A DNA stretch of 64,000 nt from contig CAVWHO010000011.1 in assembly GCA_963754875.1 (NCBI GenBank), forward strand, positions 46,552 through 110,551. The letters run 5' to 3'. This DNA is from Nitrospirota bacterium (GTDB lineage: Bacteria > Nitrospirota > UBA9217). Below the pieces are notes generated by a model. That model was not told the DNA's origin. It made no database searches and saw only the letters and a program-made list of their open reading frames with translations. Shown piece after piece: positions 51,826 through 64,000 of the stretch. The position numbers and the translations under genes were made by a program. The first letter of the stretch is position 1. Every line of letters begins with the position of its first letter.

Positions 51826-54800
51826 TTATTCTGCGGCTCCCGACGTCGCCTCCTGCTGCGTTTCCTCGTTAACAACCACATACGTGTTACGATACTCGGT
51901 CATACCGGTACCCGCCGGAATCAATCTCCCCATGATCACGTTCTCCTTCAGACCGACCAAGTCGTCCACCGCTCCCGTAATCGCTGCTTCAGTAAGGACA
52001 CGAGTGGTTTCCTGGAATGACGCTGCTGAAATAAAGCTGTCCGTAGTGAGTGATGCCTTCGTGATGCCAAGGAGGATCGGCCGCGCAGTTGCCGGTTTTG
52101 CGCCTTTAGTGATCATGGCCTCATTTTCCCGTGCGAAAGCAAAGCGGTCGACTTGCTCGCCGATAAGAAATGAGGTATCGCCGGCTTCCTCAATTCTGAC
52201 CTTCCGAAGCATCTGCCTGACAATAACCTCGATATGCTTGTCGTTGATACTCACGCCCTGAAGACGATAGACTTGCTGCACCTCGTCAACAAGGTATTTC
52301 TGAAGTTCCTTGGGGCCAAGCACGTTCAGGATGTCATGGGGGTCGACCGGACCATCCATGAGTGGTTCTCCTGCGGTAACCCAGTCTCCCTCATGAACGT
52401 TTACATGTTTGCCCTTGGGGATGAGATATTCTTTCTCGTTTCCCATACCATCTTTGACCAGGATACGGCGCATGCCTTTCACGAAACCGCCGAATTCCAC
52501 GGTACCGTCGATCTCGCTGATAATCGCCTGTTCTTTCGGTTTCCTGGCCTCGAACAACTCGGCGACTCTCGGAAGACCGCCGGTGATGTCCTTGGTCTTC
52601 GTGGTTTCACGCGGGATCTTAACCAGGATGTCGCCCGGGAATATCTCATCGCCCTTGTCCACGAGAATGTGCGCTCCTGCCGGAAGAAGATATCGTGCAA
52701 CGACATTGGATCCCGGCAGCCTCGCGGTCTTGCCATGCTGATCTTTGATCGAGATTCTTGGCCTGAGGTTCTGGTTCGGATAGTCAATGATCACTTTGCG
52801 TGACAAACCGGTTACTTCGTCCACTTCTTCGCGCATCGTGACACCTTCGATGATATCACCAAAGGCTATCTTCCCGCCGATTTCTGTAAGGATCGGCAAT
52901 GAATAGGGATCCCACTCTACGAGTTTCTGGCCTACCTCGACCTTTTGACCATCCTGGATCTTGATGCGGGCACCGTAGATGACAGCGTACTTCTCCTTCT
53001 CACGCCCCGTTTCATCATAGATGGCAATATTGCCGTTCCTGGACATGGCGACATAATCGCCCTCTTTATTTTTTACGGTATTCAGGTTCAGATACTTCAT
53101 GATACCGGAGTTCTTGGCCTCAAGTACCGTTTGCTCAACGACCTTGCTTGCGGTACCGCCGATGTGGAACGTCCGCATGGTAAGCTGCGTACCCGGTTCA
53201 CCGATAGATTGCGCCGCAATGATACCGATGGCCTCGCCGATATCGACAAGTTTACCGCGCCCCAAGTCTCTGCCGTAGCACATCCGGCATACGCCGCGCA
53301 GAGACTGACAGGTAAGCACGGAACGGATCTTGATTCGGTCAATTCCTGCTTCGTCGATCCGCTTCACGAGATCCTCGTTGATTTCCCTTCGGGTGCCGAT
53401 GATTACTTCCTTAGTGATCGGATCTTTAACATCTTCAGCTGCAACACGACCGAGGATACGCTCTGACAGCGGCTCAATGATCTCGCCACCTTCGACAAGA
53501 GAACCCACTATGATGCCGTCCGTCGTACCGCAGTCGTCCTGGGTGATGATCACGTCTTGAGACACATCGACGAGGCGTCTCGTCAGATATCCTGAGTTAG
53601 CGGTCTTGAGCGCTGTGTCCGCTAGGCCCTTGCGCGCACCATGGGTCGAAATAAAGTATTGCAAGACGGTAAGGCCTTCCCGGAAATTCGCCGTGATCGG
53701 CGTTTCAATGATTTCACCCGACGGTTTGGCCATGAGTCCGCGCATACCAGCGAGTTGTCTGATCTGCTGCGTGCTGCCGCGCGCCCCTGAATCTGCCATC
53801 ATGAAGATGTTGTTGAATGAGCGGGCTTCTTGGAGTTCTGATTTCTTCGCCACCCCGATCTCCACCGCCTCCATACCGAGTTCAGCCATCATTTCATCGG
53901 CGATCTTTTCGGTCACATTCGCCCAAATGTCGATTTCCTTGTTGTAACGTTCACCATTCGTAATGAGGCCCTCGGTGTACTGGTGATGAATTTCCATCAC
54001 TTCCTTCTGTGCCTGCTCAATGAACTTCTGTTTCTTGCTCGGGATGTGCATATCGGCAATGCAGATGGATATGCCGGATCGGGTCGCAAACTTGAATCCC
54101 ATCTCCTTGAGATCATCGATCAGGACAACGGTACGCCTGAGGCCGAGTTTCCGGAAGCACTCGTCGAGCAGCTTCGCCAGTTCTTTCTTAGTCATCTCCT
54201 TGTTCACCGAGGAGAAGGAAATTCCCTCGGGAAGGACCTCGCTGAAAAGCACACGGCCGATCGTTGTTTCTTCTATTTTCCCGTTGATGCGCACACGAAT
54301 GCGGGCATGAATGTCGGCCACGCCCTGATCGTAGGCGATGCGCGCCTCATCACGGCTGGAGAAAATTTTCCCTTCACCCCGAACGCTGGACCGCGACTTG
54401 GTAAGGTAGTAGCAGCCGAGTACGATGTCCTGCGAAGGAACTGTGATCGGCCGCCCGTTCGCCGGCGACAAGACGTTGTTGATCGATAGCATGAGAACCC
54501 GCGCTTCAAGTTGGGCCTCGACCGAGAGGGGGATATGGACTGCCATCTGGTCGCCGTCAAAATCCGCGTTGAACGCCGCGCAAACGAGGGGATGAAGCCG
54601 GATAGCCTTGCCTTCGACGAGCACGGGATCGAAAGCCTGGATGCCGAGCCGGTGGAGCGTTGGGGCGCGGTTCAAAAGCACGGGATGCTCCTGGATAACC
54701 TCTTCGAGCACATCCCACACTTCGGGGCGTTCGCGCTCGATCATCTTCTTGGCGCTCTTAATGGTCGTTGCATATCCTTTTTCCTCAAGCTTGTTGAAGA

Positions 54801-55974
54801 TAAAGGGTTTGAACAGCTCAAGTGCCATCTTTTTCGGGAGACCGCACTGATGGAGCTTGAGGTCGGGGCCGACAACGATCACCGAACGTCCGGAGTAATC
54901 CACGCGCTTTCCCAGGAGGTTCTGACGGAACCGGCCTTGCTTGCCTTTGAGCATGTCTGACAGGGACTTGAGCGGACGTTTGTTCGGTCCGCGCAGGACC
55001 CTTCCCCTGCGTCCGTTGTCAAAGAGCGCGTCAACCGCTTCCTGCAGCATCCGTTTTTCGTTTCGGATGATGACGGAAGGCGCTTTAAGCTCTTCAAGCC
55101 TTCGGAGGCGGTTGTTGCGGTTGATGACCCGGCGATAGAGGTCGTTCAGGTCCGACGTTGCAAAGCGACCCCCTTCGAGTGGAACGAGCGGGCGGAGTTC
55201 CGGCGGGATCACGGGGATCACGTCGAGGATCATCCACTCAGGCTTGTTGCCGGACTTGCGGAACGCCTCGATCACCTTGAGCCGTTTCGTTAGCTTCTTC
55301 TTCGTTGCCATTGAGGTGGCTGTTTCTATTTTCTTGCGGATGTCTTCCGATTCTGTTTCGAGGTCAATGGCTTTCAGCATTTCCCGGATAGCCTCGGCGC
55401 CCATACCGGCCTTGAAAGCGGTCGAACCATACTCGGTTTGCGCCTTTCGGAACTTTTCCTCGGTGAGAAGCTCTTTCTGTTTGAGCGGCGTGTCACCCGG
55501 CTCGATCACGACGTACCCTTCAAAGTAGAGGACCTTCTCAAGCGCCCGAAGCGTCATGTCGAGAAGCGTACCTATGCGGCTCGGAAGCCCCTTCAAAAAC
55601 CAAATGTGGGCGACCGGAGACGAGAGCTCGATATGCCCCATGCGTTCGCGCCGAACCTTGGACTGGATCACTTCGACGCCGCACTTGTCGCAGACGATGC
55701 CGCGATGTTTCATCCGTTTATATTTGCCGCAGAGACACTCCCAGTCCTTGATCGGGCCGAAGATCTTGGCGCAGAACAGACCATCCCGTTCCGGTTTGAA
55801 CGAGCGGTAGTTGATGGTCTCCGGTTTCTTCACTTCGCCGAAAGACCATTCCTTGATTCGGTCGGGCGACGCGATCTTAATCCTCATTGCATCAAAGCTG
55901 ATATCTTTCGGCTTGTCAAAGAGGTTCATGACATCAGCTCTTGCTTTATTTTCCGATAAATGTTTCTCTTCCAC
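51826..55974 (-). CDS. rpoC: RNA polymerase beta' subunit
   Basis: NADFDGD catalytic motif, Zn finger, [12 protein letters not shown]. Confidence 0.99.
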   Translation of the reverse strand: MEEKHLSENKARADVMNLFDKPKDISFDAMRIKIASPDRIKEWSFGEVKKPETINYRSFKPERDGLFCAKIFGPIKDWECLCGKYKRMKHRGIVCDKCGVEVIQSKVRRERMGHIELSSPVAHIWFLKGLPSRIGTLLDMTLRALEKVLYFEGYVVIEPGDTPLKQKELLTEEKFRKAQTEYGSTAFKAGMGAEAIREMLKAIDLETESEDIRKKIETATSMATKKKLTKRLKVIEAFRKSGNKPEWMILDVIPVIPPELRPLVPLEGGRFATSDLNDLYRRVINRNNRLRRLEELKAPSVIIRNEKRMLQEAVDALFDNGRRGRVLRGPNKRPLKSLSDMLKGKQGRFRQNLLGKRVDYSGRSVIVVGPDLKLHQCGLPKKMALELFKPFIFNKLEEKGYATTIKSAKKMIERERPEVWDVLEEVIQEHPVLLNRAPTLHRLGIQAFDPVLVEGKAIRLHPLVCAAFNADFDGDQMAVHIPLSVEAQLEARVLMLSINNVLSPANGRPITVPSQDIVLGCYYLTKSRSSVRGEGKIFSSRDEARIAYDQGVADIHARIRVRINGKIEETTIGRVLFSEVLPEGISFSSVNKEMTKKELAKLLDECFRKLGLRRTVVLIDDLKEMGFKFATRSGISICIADMHIPSKKQKFIEQAQKEVMEIHHQYTEGLITNGERYNKEIDIWANVTEKIADEMMAELGMEAVEIGVAKKSELQEARSFNNIFMMADSGARGSTQQIRQLAGMRGLMAKPSGEIIETPITANFREGLTVLQYFISTHGARKGLADTALKTANSGYLTRRLVDVSQDVIITQDDCGTTDGIIVGSLVEGGEIIEPLSERILGRVAAEDVKDPITKEVIIGTRREINEDLVKRIDEAGIDRIKIRSVLTCQSLRGVCRMCYGRDLGRGKLVDIGEAIGIIAAQSIGEPGTQLTMRTFHIGGTASKVVEQTVLEAKNSGIMKYLNLNTVKNKEGDYVAMSRNGNIAIYDETGREKEKYAVIYGARIKIQDGQKVEVGQKLVEWDPYSLPILTEIGGKIAFGDIIEGVTMREEVDEVTGLSRKVIIDYPNQNLRPRISIKDQHGKTARLPGSNVVARYLLPAGAHILVDKGDEIFPGDILVKIPRETTKTKDITGGLPRVAELFEARKPKEQAIISEIDGTVEFGGFVKGMRRILVKDGMGNEKEYLIPKGKHVNVHEGDWVTAGEPLMDGPVDPHDILNVLGPKELQKYLVDEVQQVYRLQGVSINDKHIEVIVRQMLRKVRIEEAGDTSFLIGEQVDRFAFARENEAMITKGAKPATARPILLGITKASLTTDSFISAASFQETTRVLTEAAITGAVDDLVGLKENVIMGRLIPAGTGMTEYRNTYVVVNEETQQEATSGAAE

Positions 55975-56086
55975 AGTGGACCTCCATAGGAGAGGGCAAA
56001 GCCCTCATGACCTAATCTTAATCTTCCCTGCTACCTGATCCGATCGTCAGCTCACCGGTTGACGATCCTTCATCCGCGATACGGTC

Positions 56087-59000
56087 TTACCTGGCGGATG
56101 AGATTTTCTCCAGTCCGATGACCCGTTCCTTCTCGTTCTTGCGCTCAATCAGCTCCACGTCGAGGCAGAGGCTCTGAAGTTCCTTGATAAGCACGTAGAA
56201 GGACTCCGGCAGACCGGGTTCGAGAGTGTTCTCGCCCTTCACGATCGCCTCGTAGATCTTGGCACGTCCAGACACATCGTCGGACTTGACCGTGAGGAAT
56301 TCCTGGAGACAATAGGCTGCGCCGTAAGCCTGGAGCGCCCAGACTTCCATTTCTCCGAGGCGCTGACCGCCGAACTGCGCCTTGCCGCCGAGCGGCTGCT
56401 GGGTCACGAGCGAATAGGGTCCGATGGACCGGGCATGCAACTTGTCATCGACGAGATGATGGAGCTTCAGCATGTACATGTACCCAACCGTCACCGGCTT
56501 GTCGAACGGTTCCCCGGTCCGGCCGTCGAACAGTTGCGACTGGCCCGTAACCGGGAGTTTGGTTTCTTTAAGCATGGCACGGATGCGTTCTTCCGATGCC
56601 CCGTCGAAAACCGGCGTCGCGACGTGCAGACCAAGCGCTGTTGCGGCCCACCCGAGGTGCGTTTCGAGAATCTGCCCCACGTTCATACGGGACGGCACGC
56701 CAAGGGGGTTCAGCACAATCTCAACGGGAGTGCCATCAGGCAGGTAGGGCATGTCTTCCTCGGGAACAATTCGGGAGACTACGCCCTTGTTTCCGTGCCT
56801 TCCAGCCATTTTATCGCCAACGGAAAGCTTGCGTTTCATGGCAACATAGCACTTTACAAGTTTGACCACGCCAGGGGGAAGATCATCTCCGCGCTTCAGT
56901 CTGCCGATCTTCTCATCATAGATGGACTCAAGGATGCTGAGCTGGTTCTCCGAGTTGTCCAGAATCTCTTGAAGCTTTGTGGGATAGTCCTCGGACTCCA
57001 CTTTGATCTTTGCAAGGTCTTTTTCCGGTATTTTATCAAGAACGTCTATGGTGATCTTCTTCCCCTTGGCCAACTCGGTTTTTCCCGTTTTGGAATTGAC
57101 AACCTTGTCCGCGGCGGTCTTGCCGCTGAGGATCCTGCGGATGCGTTTGTACTTGTCCTCTTTAGCTGCACGTACTTCGTCCTGATATTCCTTCTGGAGC
57201 CGTGCAATCTCCTCGCTCTCCTGGGTCTTAAGGCGTTCATTCTTATCCTCGCCTTTGCGCGAGAAAACCTTCACGTCGATGACGGTCCCCTCGATGCCCG
57301 GCGGAGCATAAAGTGAAGCATCCCGTACGTCGCCGGCCTTTTCGCCGAAGATGGCCCGAAGGAGTTTCTCCTCAGGGGTGAGCTGCGTTTCACCCTTGGG
57401 CGTCACTTTGCCGATAAGGATATCGCCAGGCATAACCTCGGCGCCAATGCGGATGATCCCGTTCTCGTCGAGGTTTCTGAGCGTCTCTTCTCCAAGGTTT
57501 GGAATGTCCCGGGTGATCTCTTCCTTGCCAAGCTTCGTGTCCCTGGCCTCGATCTCGAACTCCTCGATGTGGATGGAAGTATAACGATCTTCCTTTACAA
57601 TCTTCTCACTGATGATGATAGCGTCTTCATAGTTGTATCCGCTCCAGGGCATGAACGCCACAAGAACGTTCTGGCCGAGGGCGAGTTCCCCCAGGTCCGT
57701 TGCCGGTCCGTCGGCGATCACCTGGCCTTTTTTCACCTTATCGCCCTGCCGAACGATCGGCTTCTGGTTCATGCACGTGTTCTGGTTCGAGCGATAAAAT
57801 TTGGTAAGCGGGTAGGTATCGATAACCGTCCGGCCCTTTGCGTCCTCGCCCTTTACCGTGATCCGTGTTGAATCCACGGCTTCAACGATGCCGTCCCGCT
57901 TGCACGATACGATAGCGCCCGAGTCGCGCGCGGCAACCCGCTCCATGCCCGTGCCCACCACGGGCGCCTGCGGTCGGAGCAGCGGCACGGCCTGGCGCTG
58001 CATATTCGATCCCATGAGAGCGCGGTTCGCGTCGTCATTTTCAAGGAAGGGAATGAGGGCGGCTGACACCGACACAATCTGCTTCGGCGACACGTCCATG
58101 TACTGCACTTCCTCGGCGCTCACCAATTTGAATTCGCCTCCCACACGCGCGGACACGCTTTCCACAGAAATCTTGCCGCGGCCATCGACAGGTGTATTCG
58201 CCTGGGCAATGACGTAATTCTCGCCGTCCACGGCAGAAAGGTATTCGATATCATCAGTCACCTTCCCGTCTTTTGCATTCCGGTAAGGCGCTTCAATGAA
58301 ACCATAGTCGTTTACCCGCGCGTACGTCGCTAGAGAGACGATAAGGCCGATGTTCGGACCTTCCGGCGTCTCAATCGGGCAAATTCTGCCGTAATGGGTC
58401 GTATGCACGTCACGCACTTCGAATCCTGCGCGCTCGCGGGTAAGACCGCCGGGGCCGAGGGCCGAAAGCCTCCTCTTATGTGTGATCTCCGCCAGGGGGT
58501 TCGTCTGGTCCATGAACTGGGACAACTGGCTCGATCCAAAAAATTCCTTAATGGCCGCAATTACCGGCTTGGGGTTGATGATATCATGCGGCATGAGGGT
58601 GTCGACGTCCTGCAGGCTCATGCGTTCCTTGATGGCGCGCTCCATGCGTGCAAGCCCGACGCGGATCTGGTTCTCAAGCAATTCGCCCACGGACCGCACG
58701 CGGCGGTTACCGAGGTGATCGATATCATCCACCTCACCCCTCCCGGTGCGGAGATTGACGAGATACCTAATCACTTCGACGACGTCTTGAGCGGTAAGTG
58801 TTGTTTTCTCGATCGGGATATCGAGCTTCAATTTTTTGTTCAGTTTCAATCTGCCCACGGACGACAAATCGTAGCGCTTGGCATTGAAGAACATCCCGTT
58901 GAAGAGGTTCCGCGCCATGTCGATTGTCGGCGGTTCTCCCGGGCGCATTTTCCGGTAGATCTCGAAGGAGCGCTTCGTCGGACGTCTGCACCTTGTCAGA

Positions 59001-60081
59001 AAGCAGTGTGTCTCTAATGGCGCCGATCACATGGATCCCGTCCATGTATAGCACTTCCATCTTTTCGACTTTCGTCTCGGCAATTCTGGTAAGAAACGCT
59101 TCCGTGATCTTCTCATTTGCCGGAAGAAGTACTTCGCCAGTCTCTGGATCAATGACATCCCGAAGTACAATGCGGTCGACCAGCTCCTCTCGGGGGATCG
59201 GGATCTCCGTAATACGGGCCGCCTCCATCTTTTTGATGGCAACGCGGGTAATCTTGGCACCTTCCTTTACGATCTGTTCGCGGGTGTTTTTGTCGGTAAT
59301 TGTTATCGGCGCCTTGAGGCCGGCCAGCACATCGGCATGGATCCCTCGAGTTGAAGCCGTCTTTTTTTATCTTGATGTCTTCAATGGGATAATACATCCT
59401 GAGCAAGTCTTCGTTAGAGTACCCGAAAGCTTTGAGAAGGATGGTGGCTGGAATCTTTCGCCTGCGGTCGATCCGAACGTAGACAATGTCCTTTATATCG
59501 AATTCAAAGTCGAGCCAGGAGCCACGATAGGGAATAATTCGGGCGGAATAAAGAATTTTGCCGCTCGCGTGGGTCCTGCCCTTGTCGTGCGTGAAAAACG
59601 CGCCTGGGGACCGGTGAAGTTGGCTTACGACAACACGCTCGGTCCCATTCACAATAAACGTTCCGGTTTCTGTCATGAGCGGCAGATCACCGACGTAGAC
59701 TTCCTGCTCTTTAATGTCCTTCACCCGCTTTGTGGCGGTCTGCTCGTCCTTTTCGAAGAACACGAGACGTGTCTTGATCTTGAGCGGCGCTGCGAACGTC
59801 GCCCCGCGCTGCAGGCACTCCCAGATGCTGTATTTCGGGTCGCCTAGTGAGTAGCCGAGGTAATCCACCATCGCTGTCTCGTTAAAATCATAAATGGGGT
59901 ATACGCTCTTGAACGCCGCCTGGAGCCCCATGTCCTTTCTCTTGTCGGATGCGACGTCCTTCTGCAGGAAATAATCGTAAGACTTTTTCTGGATCTCGAT
60001 AAGATCGGGAATTTCCAGGATTGTCGGAATTTTTGAAAAATCTTTCCGTACGCGGACAAGCTCTCTTTTTTCTTTAGACAT
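56087..60081 (-). CDS. rpoB: RNA polymerase beta subunit; apparent indels near 59340 and 58965
   Basis: Three consecutive ORFs give [42 protein letters not shown]. Confidence 0.97.
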
Positions 60082-60102
60082 TTTCGCACCCCTTAAACAT
60101 CA

Positions 60103-60192
60103 TAAAATGCAAAATGAAAAATGCAAATCGTGAAAAAACGCAATGCTGAATCGTTCCCTTTTCCATTTTCCACTTTGCATTTCAAATTTTTT
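60103..60192. repeat. Period-7 degenerate tandem repeats with inverted arms (AAAATGC / GCATTTC type)
   Basis: AAAATGC AAAATGA AAAATGC ... TTTCCAT TTTCCAC TTTGCAT TTCAAAT. Confidence 0.7.
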
Positions 60193-60232
60193 ACCGGCAT
60201 TCAGCAGTTTCGAACGCCCCATCCATAAACGC

Positions 60233-60278
60233 AAAAAGTCCTTTGCCCTCCGGACTAATGCCGGAGGGGCGAGGACTT
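60233..60278 (-). terminator. Terminator/attenuator between rplL and rpoB
   Basis: AAGTCCTCGCCCCTCCGG / CCGGAGGGCAAAGGACTT stem followed by a U tract. Confidence 0.8.
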
Positions 60279-60303
60279 GACACATGAAGCCTGATTTGTC
60301 TTT

Positions 60304-60677
60304 TTACTTTACCTCGACGGTTGCGCCTCCTCGGTGAGCTTCTTTTTCATGGTCTCCGCCTCTTCCTTGGTAACTCCGGTCTTTACCGGTTTGGGAGCAC
60401 CTTCAACGAGGTCCTTTGCTTCCTTGAGACCAAGGCCCGTAAGCTCGCGCACAACCTTGATCACATTGATCTTCTGTGCGCCAGCAGTCGCCAGGATCAC
60501 GTCAAACGCGGTTTTCTCTTCCGCCGCTGCCGCGCCTGCTGCTGCGCCGCCTGCTGCAACTGCCACGGGCGCCGCTGCAGACACGCCCCACTTCTCTTCG
60601 AGCATCTTGCTCAGGTCTGCGGCTTCAAGAACGGTCAAACCGCTCAATTCGTCAACTATTTTCGCTAAATCCGCCAT
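60304..60677 (-). CDS. rplL: 50S ribosomal protein L7/L12; indel near the C-terminus
   Basis: [25 protein letters not shown]; shifted frame gives GATVEVK-stop. Confidence 0.96.
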
Positions 60678-60747
60678 GGTTCTGTTCCTCCTGAAAGTGT
60701 TTAAACTTTTTAATATACGCACTCGTGTGCGAGTGCGTTTCCGTAAC

Positions 60748-61260
60748 TTATCCTTTGTCTGCCTTCGCCTTCATGACCCTGGCGATCTGCCCGCCTGGCG
60801 CTGCAAGTACACCGACGATCCTCGATGCAGGCGCCTGGAGCAATCCGACGATTTTCCCGCGAAGCGCGTTGAGCGATGGCAGGCTTGCCAGCGCCTTGAC
60901 ATCCGCCTGCTTCAACAGCTTGCCGTCGAGCACACCTACCTTGAGCTGAAGCTTTTCCTGCGTCTTGCTGAATTCAAAGAGTACTTTCGCCGGAGCAACC
61001 ACATCATCGTACCCGAGCGCGATACCCACGGGACCGACAAAGTAATCCTTGAGCGGCTCGAGACCGGTGCCTTCTGACGCTTTCGCGCCAGTGTGTTCTT
61101 AACCACGCGGTACTCGACCTTCGATGTACGCAGCTTCGCGCGAAGTTCGGTGATCCTGTTCCACATTGATCCCGGAATAGCCGGTGACGACGGCCGTTTT
61201 GGCGCGAGCGAACTTCTCGTGCAACTCGTCAATTGCTTCTTTTTTCTCCTGCTTATTCAC
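60748..61260 (-). CDS. rplJ: 50S ribosomal protein L10 with apparent indels
   Basis: NKQEKKE, RVVKNTL, LASLPS fragments; position upstream of rplL. Confidence 0.93.
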
Positions 61261-61344
61261 ACGTTCCTCCTTTCTTTCAAGAATTCCCGATGACCAGCCC
61301 GGAAATCCTAAAAGAAAGCGGCGCAATTAACGTTCTTTCTTTTA

Positions 61345-61426
61345 CCCGGGTCTCGGCAGGCTCCGTATTTGGAATTATACCGAAGAGGAAAAACACTTTC
61401 CACTTCGGCACCTGCTGTCTCGGACC
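61345..61426 (-). promoter_or_regulatory. L10 leader (ribosomal protein autoregulatory RNA)
   Basis: CCGAGACAGCAGG...TAAT...CCTGCCGAG kink-turn-type stem upstream of rplJ. Confidence 0.82.
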
Positions 61427-61544
61427 GTATCCCTATGCTCCAGGGATCGACCTAATGTTATGGTAATCAGAAGTAGGAAACAGCATGGCGTAAAGTTTTG
61501 CCTGGTGCACGCCTTTTCTTTTACCTTCCCATCTTCTCAACTTC

Positions 61545-62256
61545 TTTATTTTTTCGTCTTGCAACGCTGCGATCTTCTCGATCGCGGCAGATCAATCTTT
61601 ACGCCGGTCCACGTTGGCAACCGTCGCGCTTGAAGGGACGACCTTTGCTCGAAGCGGGTTTTGCCTTTAAGATGGACTTGAGCACAGCCTTAGCATTATC
61701 TACGAGCTTATTTTCATCAAAAGACGCTTTTCCTACCGGAACGTGAACAATGCCAGCCTTTTCCACGCGGTACTCAACTTTACCGGCCCTAATGTCTTTG
61801 ATGGCCTTGGCAATGTCAAAGGTGACCGTGCCGGTTTTGGGATTCGGCATCAATCCCCGGGACCAAGCACTTTACCCAACCTGCCGACGAGCCCCATGAT
61901 GTCAGGTGTCGCGACGACAGTATCAAAATCGGTCCATCCTTCTTTTGTAATCTTGTCAGCAAGATCTTCTGCACCCACATAGTCGGCGCCGGCGTCCCTC
62001 GCTTCCTTGTCCTTCTCTCCCTTGGCGAACACCAGGATCTTGACCTTTTTCCCGGTTCCATGCGGAAGCACTCTACGGTCCCCCGCACCATCTGGTCCGC
62101 CTGTTTGGGGTCTACACCAAGCCTGACCGCCAGATCTACGGTCTCATCGAACTTGGTTCTCGCTGTTTTCTTGGCAAGACCGACGGCCTCTTCAACACCA
62201 TACTCCTTTGTCCGGTCTACCAGTGCTGCCGCTGCTTTATACTTCTTCCCTGCCAT
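61545..62256 (-). CDS. rplA: 50S ribosomal protein L1 with several apparent indels; 3' end approximate
   Basis: [29 protein letters not shown] fragments. Confidence 0.93.
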
Positions 62257-62309
62257 GGTTCCTTCTTCCTCGCGGTAGTAGCGGCCGTTGTCGGCCTCCC
62301 GCAATGTAA

Positions 62310-62381
62310 TTGCGGAATGTGGAGTGGCGTATGCGGATTGACAGACACTACCTCCGCGTTCCGCATTCCAAATTCCGCATT
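62310..62381. repeat. Period-7 hairpin repeat (TGCGGAA / TTCCGCA)
   Basis: TGCGGAA TGTGGAG TGGCGTA TGCGGAT ... TCCGCGT TCCGCAT TCCAAAT TCCGCAT. Confidence 0.8.
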
Positions 62382-62806
62382 AATCTACGACTTCCAGCCC
62401 CATGCTCTTGGCAGAGCCCTCGATCATACGCATGGCCGATTCAACGGTCGCCGCATTGAGGTCCGGGAGCTTCGTCTGAGCGATCTCCCTGACTTGCGCA
62501 CGGGTAACCTTGCCGACCTTGTCCTTGTTCGGCACGCCCGACCCTTTGACGATCCCAGCAGCCTTTTTCAGAAGCTCGGCGGCTGGCGGGGTCTTGGTTA
62601 TAAAGGTGAACGACCGGTCAGAGTAGACCGAGATAATGACGGGCACGATGGTCTCGCCCAGCTTCTGGGTCCGGGCATTGAACGCCTTGCAGAACTCCAT
62701 GATGTTCGATACCGTGCTGGCCGAGTGCGGGACCGACCGGCGGCGCCGGATTTGCTTTACCGGCGGGAACTTGGAGTTTGATTTTTGCTGTAATCTCTTT
62801 AGCCAT
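62380..62806 (-). CDS. rplK: 50S ribosomal protein L11; one indel near 62705
   Basis: [30 protein letters not shown]. Confidence 0.95.
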
Positions 62807-62871
62807 CTAACATACTCCTGTTTTATTTTATCGCTTTTTTATTGTAAAATATTAAATCGTAAAATTATCAG

Positions 62872-63419
62872 TTATTTAGCTTCTTTTTCCCGCTCTACCT
62901 GAAGGAACTCAAGCTCTACTGGCGTCGAACGCCCAAAAATGCTCACCATCACCCGGAGCCGACCGTGCGCGGGATTGACATCTTCCACCGTACCGATAAA
63001 GCTGCTGAACGGTCCATCGATAACTCTGACGCGATCGCCCTTCTGGTACGCATGCTTGGGCTGGGTTGGGGCCACCGCTCCCTCTTCGGTCTGTTTGAGG
63101 ATGGTCTTCACTTCATCATCGCTCAAGGGTGTCGGGTTCGTGCTGCCGCCTACGAAACCGGTCACCTTGGGTGTCTCTTTGATGATATGCCACGTATTAT
63201 CGTCCATCTCCATTTCGACAAGGATGTAGCCAGGGAAAAATTTTCGCTGCGATTTGCGTTTTTTCCCGGCCTTGATGGACAGAACCTCTTTCGGTCGGAA
63301 CAAGGATTTGTCCTATTTTTTCCTGGGAGGCCAAGCTTCGATACCGTCTCCAAGACATTGGTCTTCACCTTGTTCTCAAAACCTGCATATGTATGAACTA
63401 CATACCAATTCATCGGCAT
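62872..63419 (-). CDS. nusG: Transcription termination/antitermination factor NusG with apparent indels
   Basis: [41 protein letters not shown]. Confidence 0.95.
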
Positions 63420-63426
63420 ATGATCT

Positions 63427-63614
63427 CTACTTAAAGGCAAGGGTCATTAGCCTTCCCAGGCCCATATCTACCAGTCCGGAAAAGTGTGCAAGAAGACGGT
63501 GATAAATCACCACCGAGGTAATACCAGTTACCTCCTTTTTCTGCTTGGAAACACGACCTTTTTTAGAGTTCCAAGCTCTACCCTTTGGATATTTGACCAA
63601 GCTCTATGAAACAT
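63427..63614 (-). CDS. secE: Preprotein translocase SecE (sequence garbled)
   Basis: KKVVFP and VDMGLGRLM fragments between tRNA-Trp and nusG. Confidence 0.72.
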
Positions 63615-63635
63615 GAGCTCTCCAGCACAGGATTC

Positions 63636-63720
63636 TGGCAACCGTGTACTAGGCAAGGGTCTCGAACCCCCCAGCAGCCGGATTTGGAGTCCGGAGCTCT
63701 ACCATTAGAGCTACTGGCCT
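63636..63720 (-). tRNA. tRNA-Trp (CCA); 3' acceptor strand garbled
   Basis: AGGCCAGTAGCTCTAATGGTAGAGC D-arm, CCGG-ACTCCAAAT-CCGG anticodon arm, GGTTCGA T-loop, terminal GCCA; canonical rpmG-secE position. Confidence 0.85.
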
Positions 63721-63754
63721 GTGTCCTAACCCCGCATCGCCATGCATTTCCAAG

Positions 63755-63907
63755 CTATGCCTTCGTTTCCTTGTGCACCGTGTGTTTGCGACAGAATCGG
63801 CAATATTTATCCAGATTCAGCTTGTCCGGCGTGTTTCTTTTGTTCTTTGTCGTTGAATAATTTTTGCGCTTGCATTCACCGCAAGCGAGAAGAACGATTT
63901 CCCGCAT
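63755..63907 (-). CDS. rpmG: 50S ribosomal protein L33 (Zn-binding type)
   Basis: Manual translation [50 protein letters not shown]. Confidence 0.97.
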   Translation of the reverse strand: MREIVLLACGECKRKNYSTTKNKRNTPDKLNLDKYCRFCRKHTVHKETKA

Positions 63908-63930
63908 GATAATAGCCTCACTCTATATTG

Positions 63931-63997
63931 ATTTCGGAATCCGGATTGCGGAATGCGGAACGAAAAATCCGAAATCCGCAATCTGAAATCCGCAATT
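63931..63997. repeat. Period-7 hairpin repeat (TGCGGAA / ATCCGCA)
   Basis: TTCGGAA TCCGGAT TGCGGAA TGCGGAA ... ATCCGAA ATCCGCA ATCTGAA ATCCGCA. Confidence 0.85.
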
Positions 63998-64000
63998 GAA

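Noticed and set aside
1805..59847. Many long antisense or alternative-frame ORFs (e.g. 6944-7963, 46952-48100, 49697-50755)
   Set aside because: They overlap well-supported genes and have no recognisable motifs; expected from codon bias.
63636..63660. Aberrant tRNA-Trp 3' end as an integration scar or intron
   Set aside because: No integrase or duplicated att site, and neighbouring secE and nusG are equally garbled.
62310..63997. Heptamer arrays as CRISPR repeats
   Set aside because: Units are 7 nt, degenerate and have no unique spacers; no cas genes.

Overview
Chromosomal window from a Gram-negative, probably anaerobic bacterium. The gene content (futalosine menaquinone pathway, FadF-type membrane Fe-S oxidoreductase, porin type, rpo/S10/spc/alpha order) suggests Nitrospirota or a Desulfobacterota-like lineage; this is inference only. 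The left half (1-32 kb) holds: a complete beta-oxidation cluster (fadD-fadN-fadA-fadE-MBL hydrolase-fadH-thioesterase, a MerR/LiuR-type regulator and a truncated FadF/EMO-like gene); aroC-aroK-aroB-DUF4145 divergent from mqnB-mqnD; lemA, a long HtpX fusion and a moaD-moaE fusion; ccdA plus a Cys-rich MerR; fchA-folD; a receiver protein; a porin; DUF2301; and a histidine kinase with a REC-GAF-HD-GYP partner. The right half (32-64 kb) is the minus-strand core cluster from rpmG, tRNA-Trp, secE, nusG, rplKAJL, rpoBC through str, S10, spc and alpha. Many single-base frameshifts hit essential genes (rpoB, rplL, rplJ, rplA, rplK, nusG), which indicates sequencing/assembly indels rather than pseudogenes. 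No CRISPR array, transposase, prophage or rRNA was seen. The most notable observations are: a ~120-130 nt structured repeat present twice, each copy just after a stop codon; period-7 hairpin repeats in ribosomal-operon spacers; LiuR-like operators in both fad promoters; a FolD lacking the cyclohydrolase residues next to fchA; a catalytically degenerate HEPN/DUF4145 gene in the aro operon; and an HtpX-GYF-double zinc ribbon fusion.
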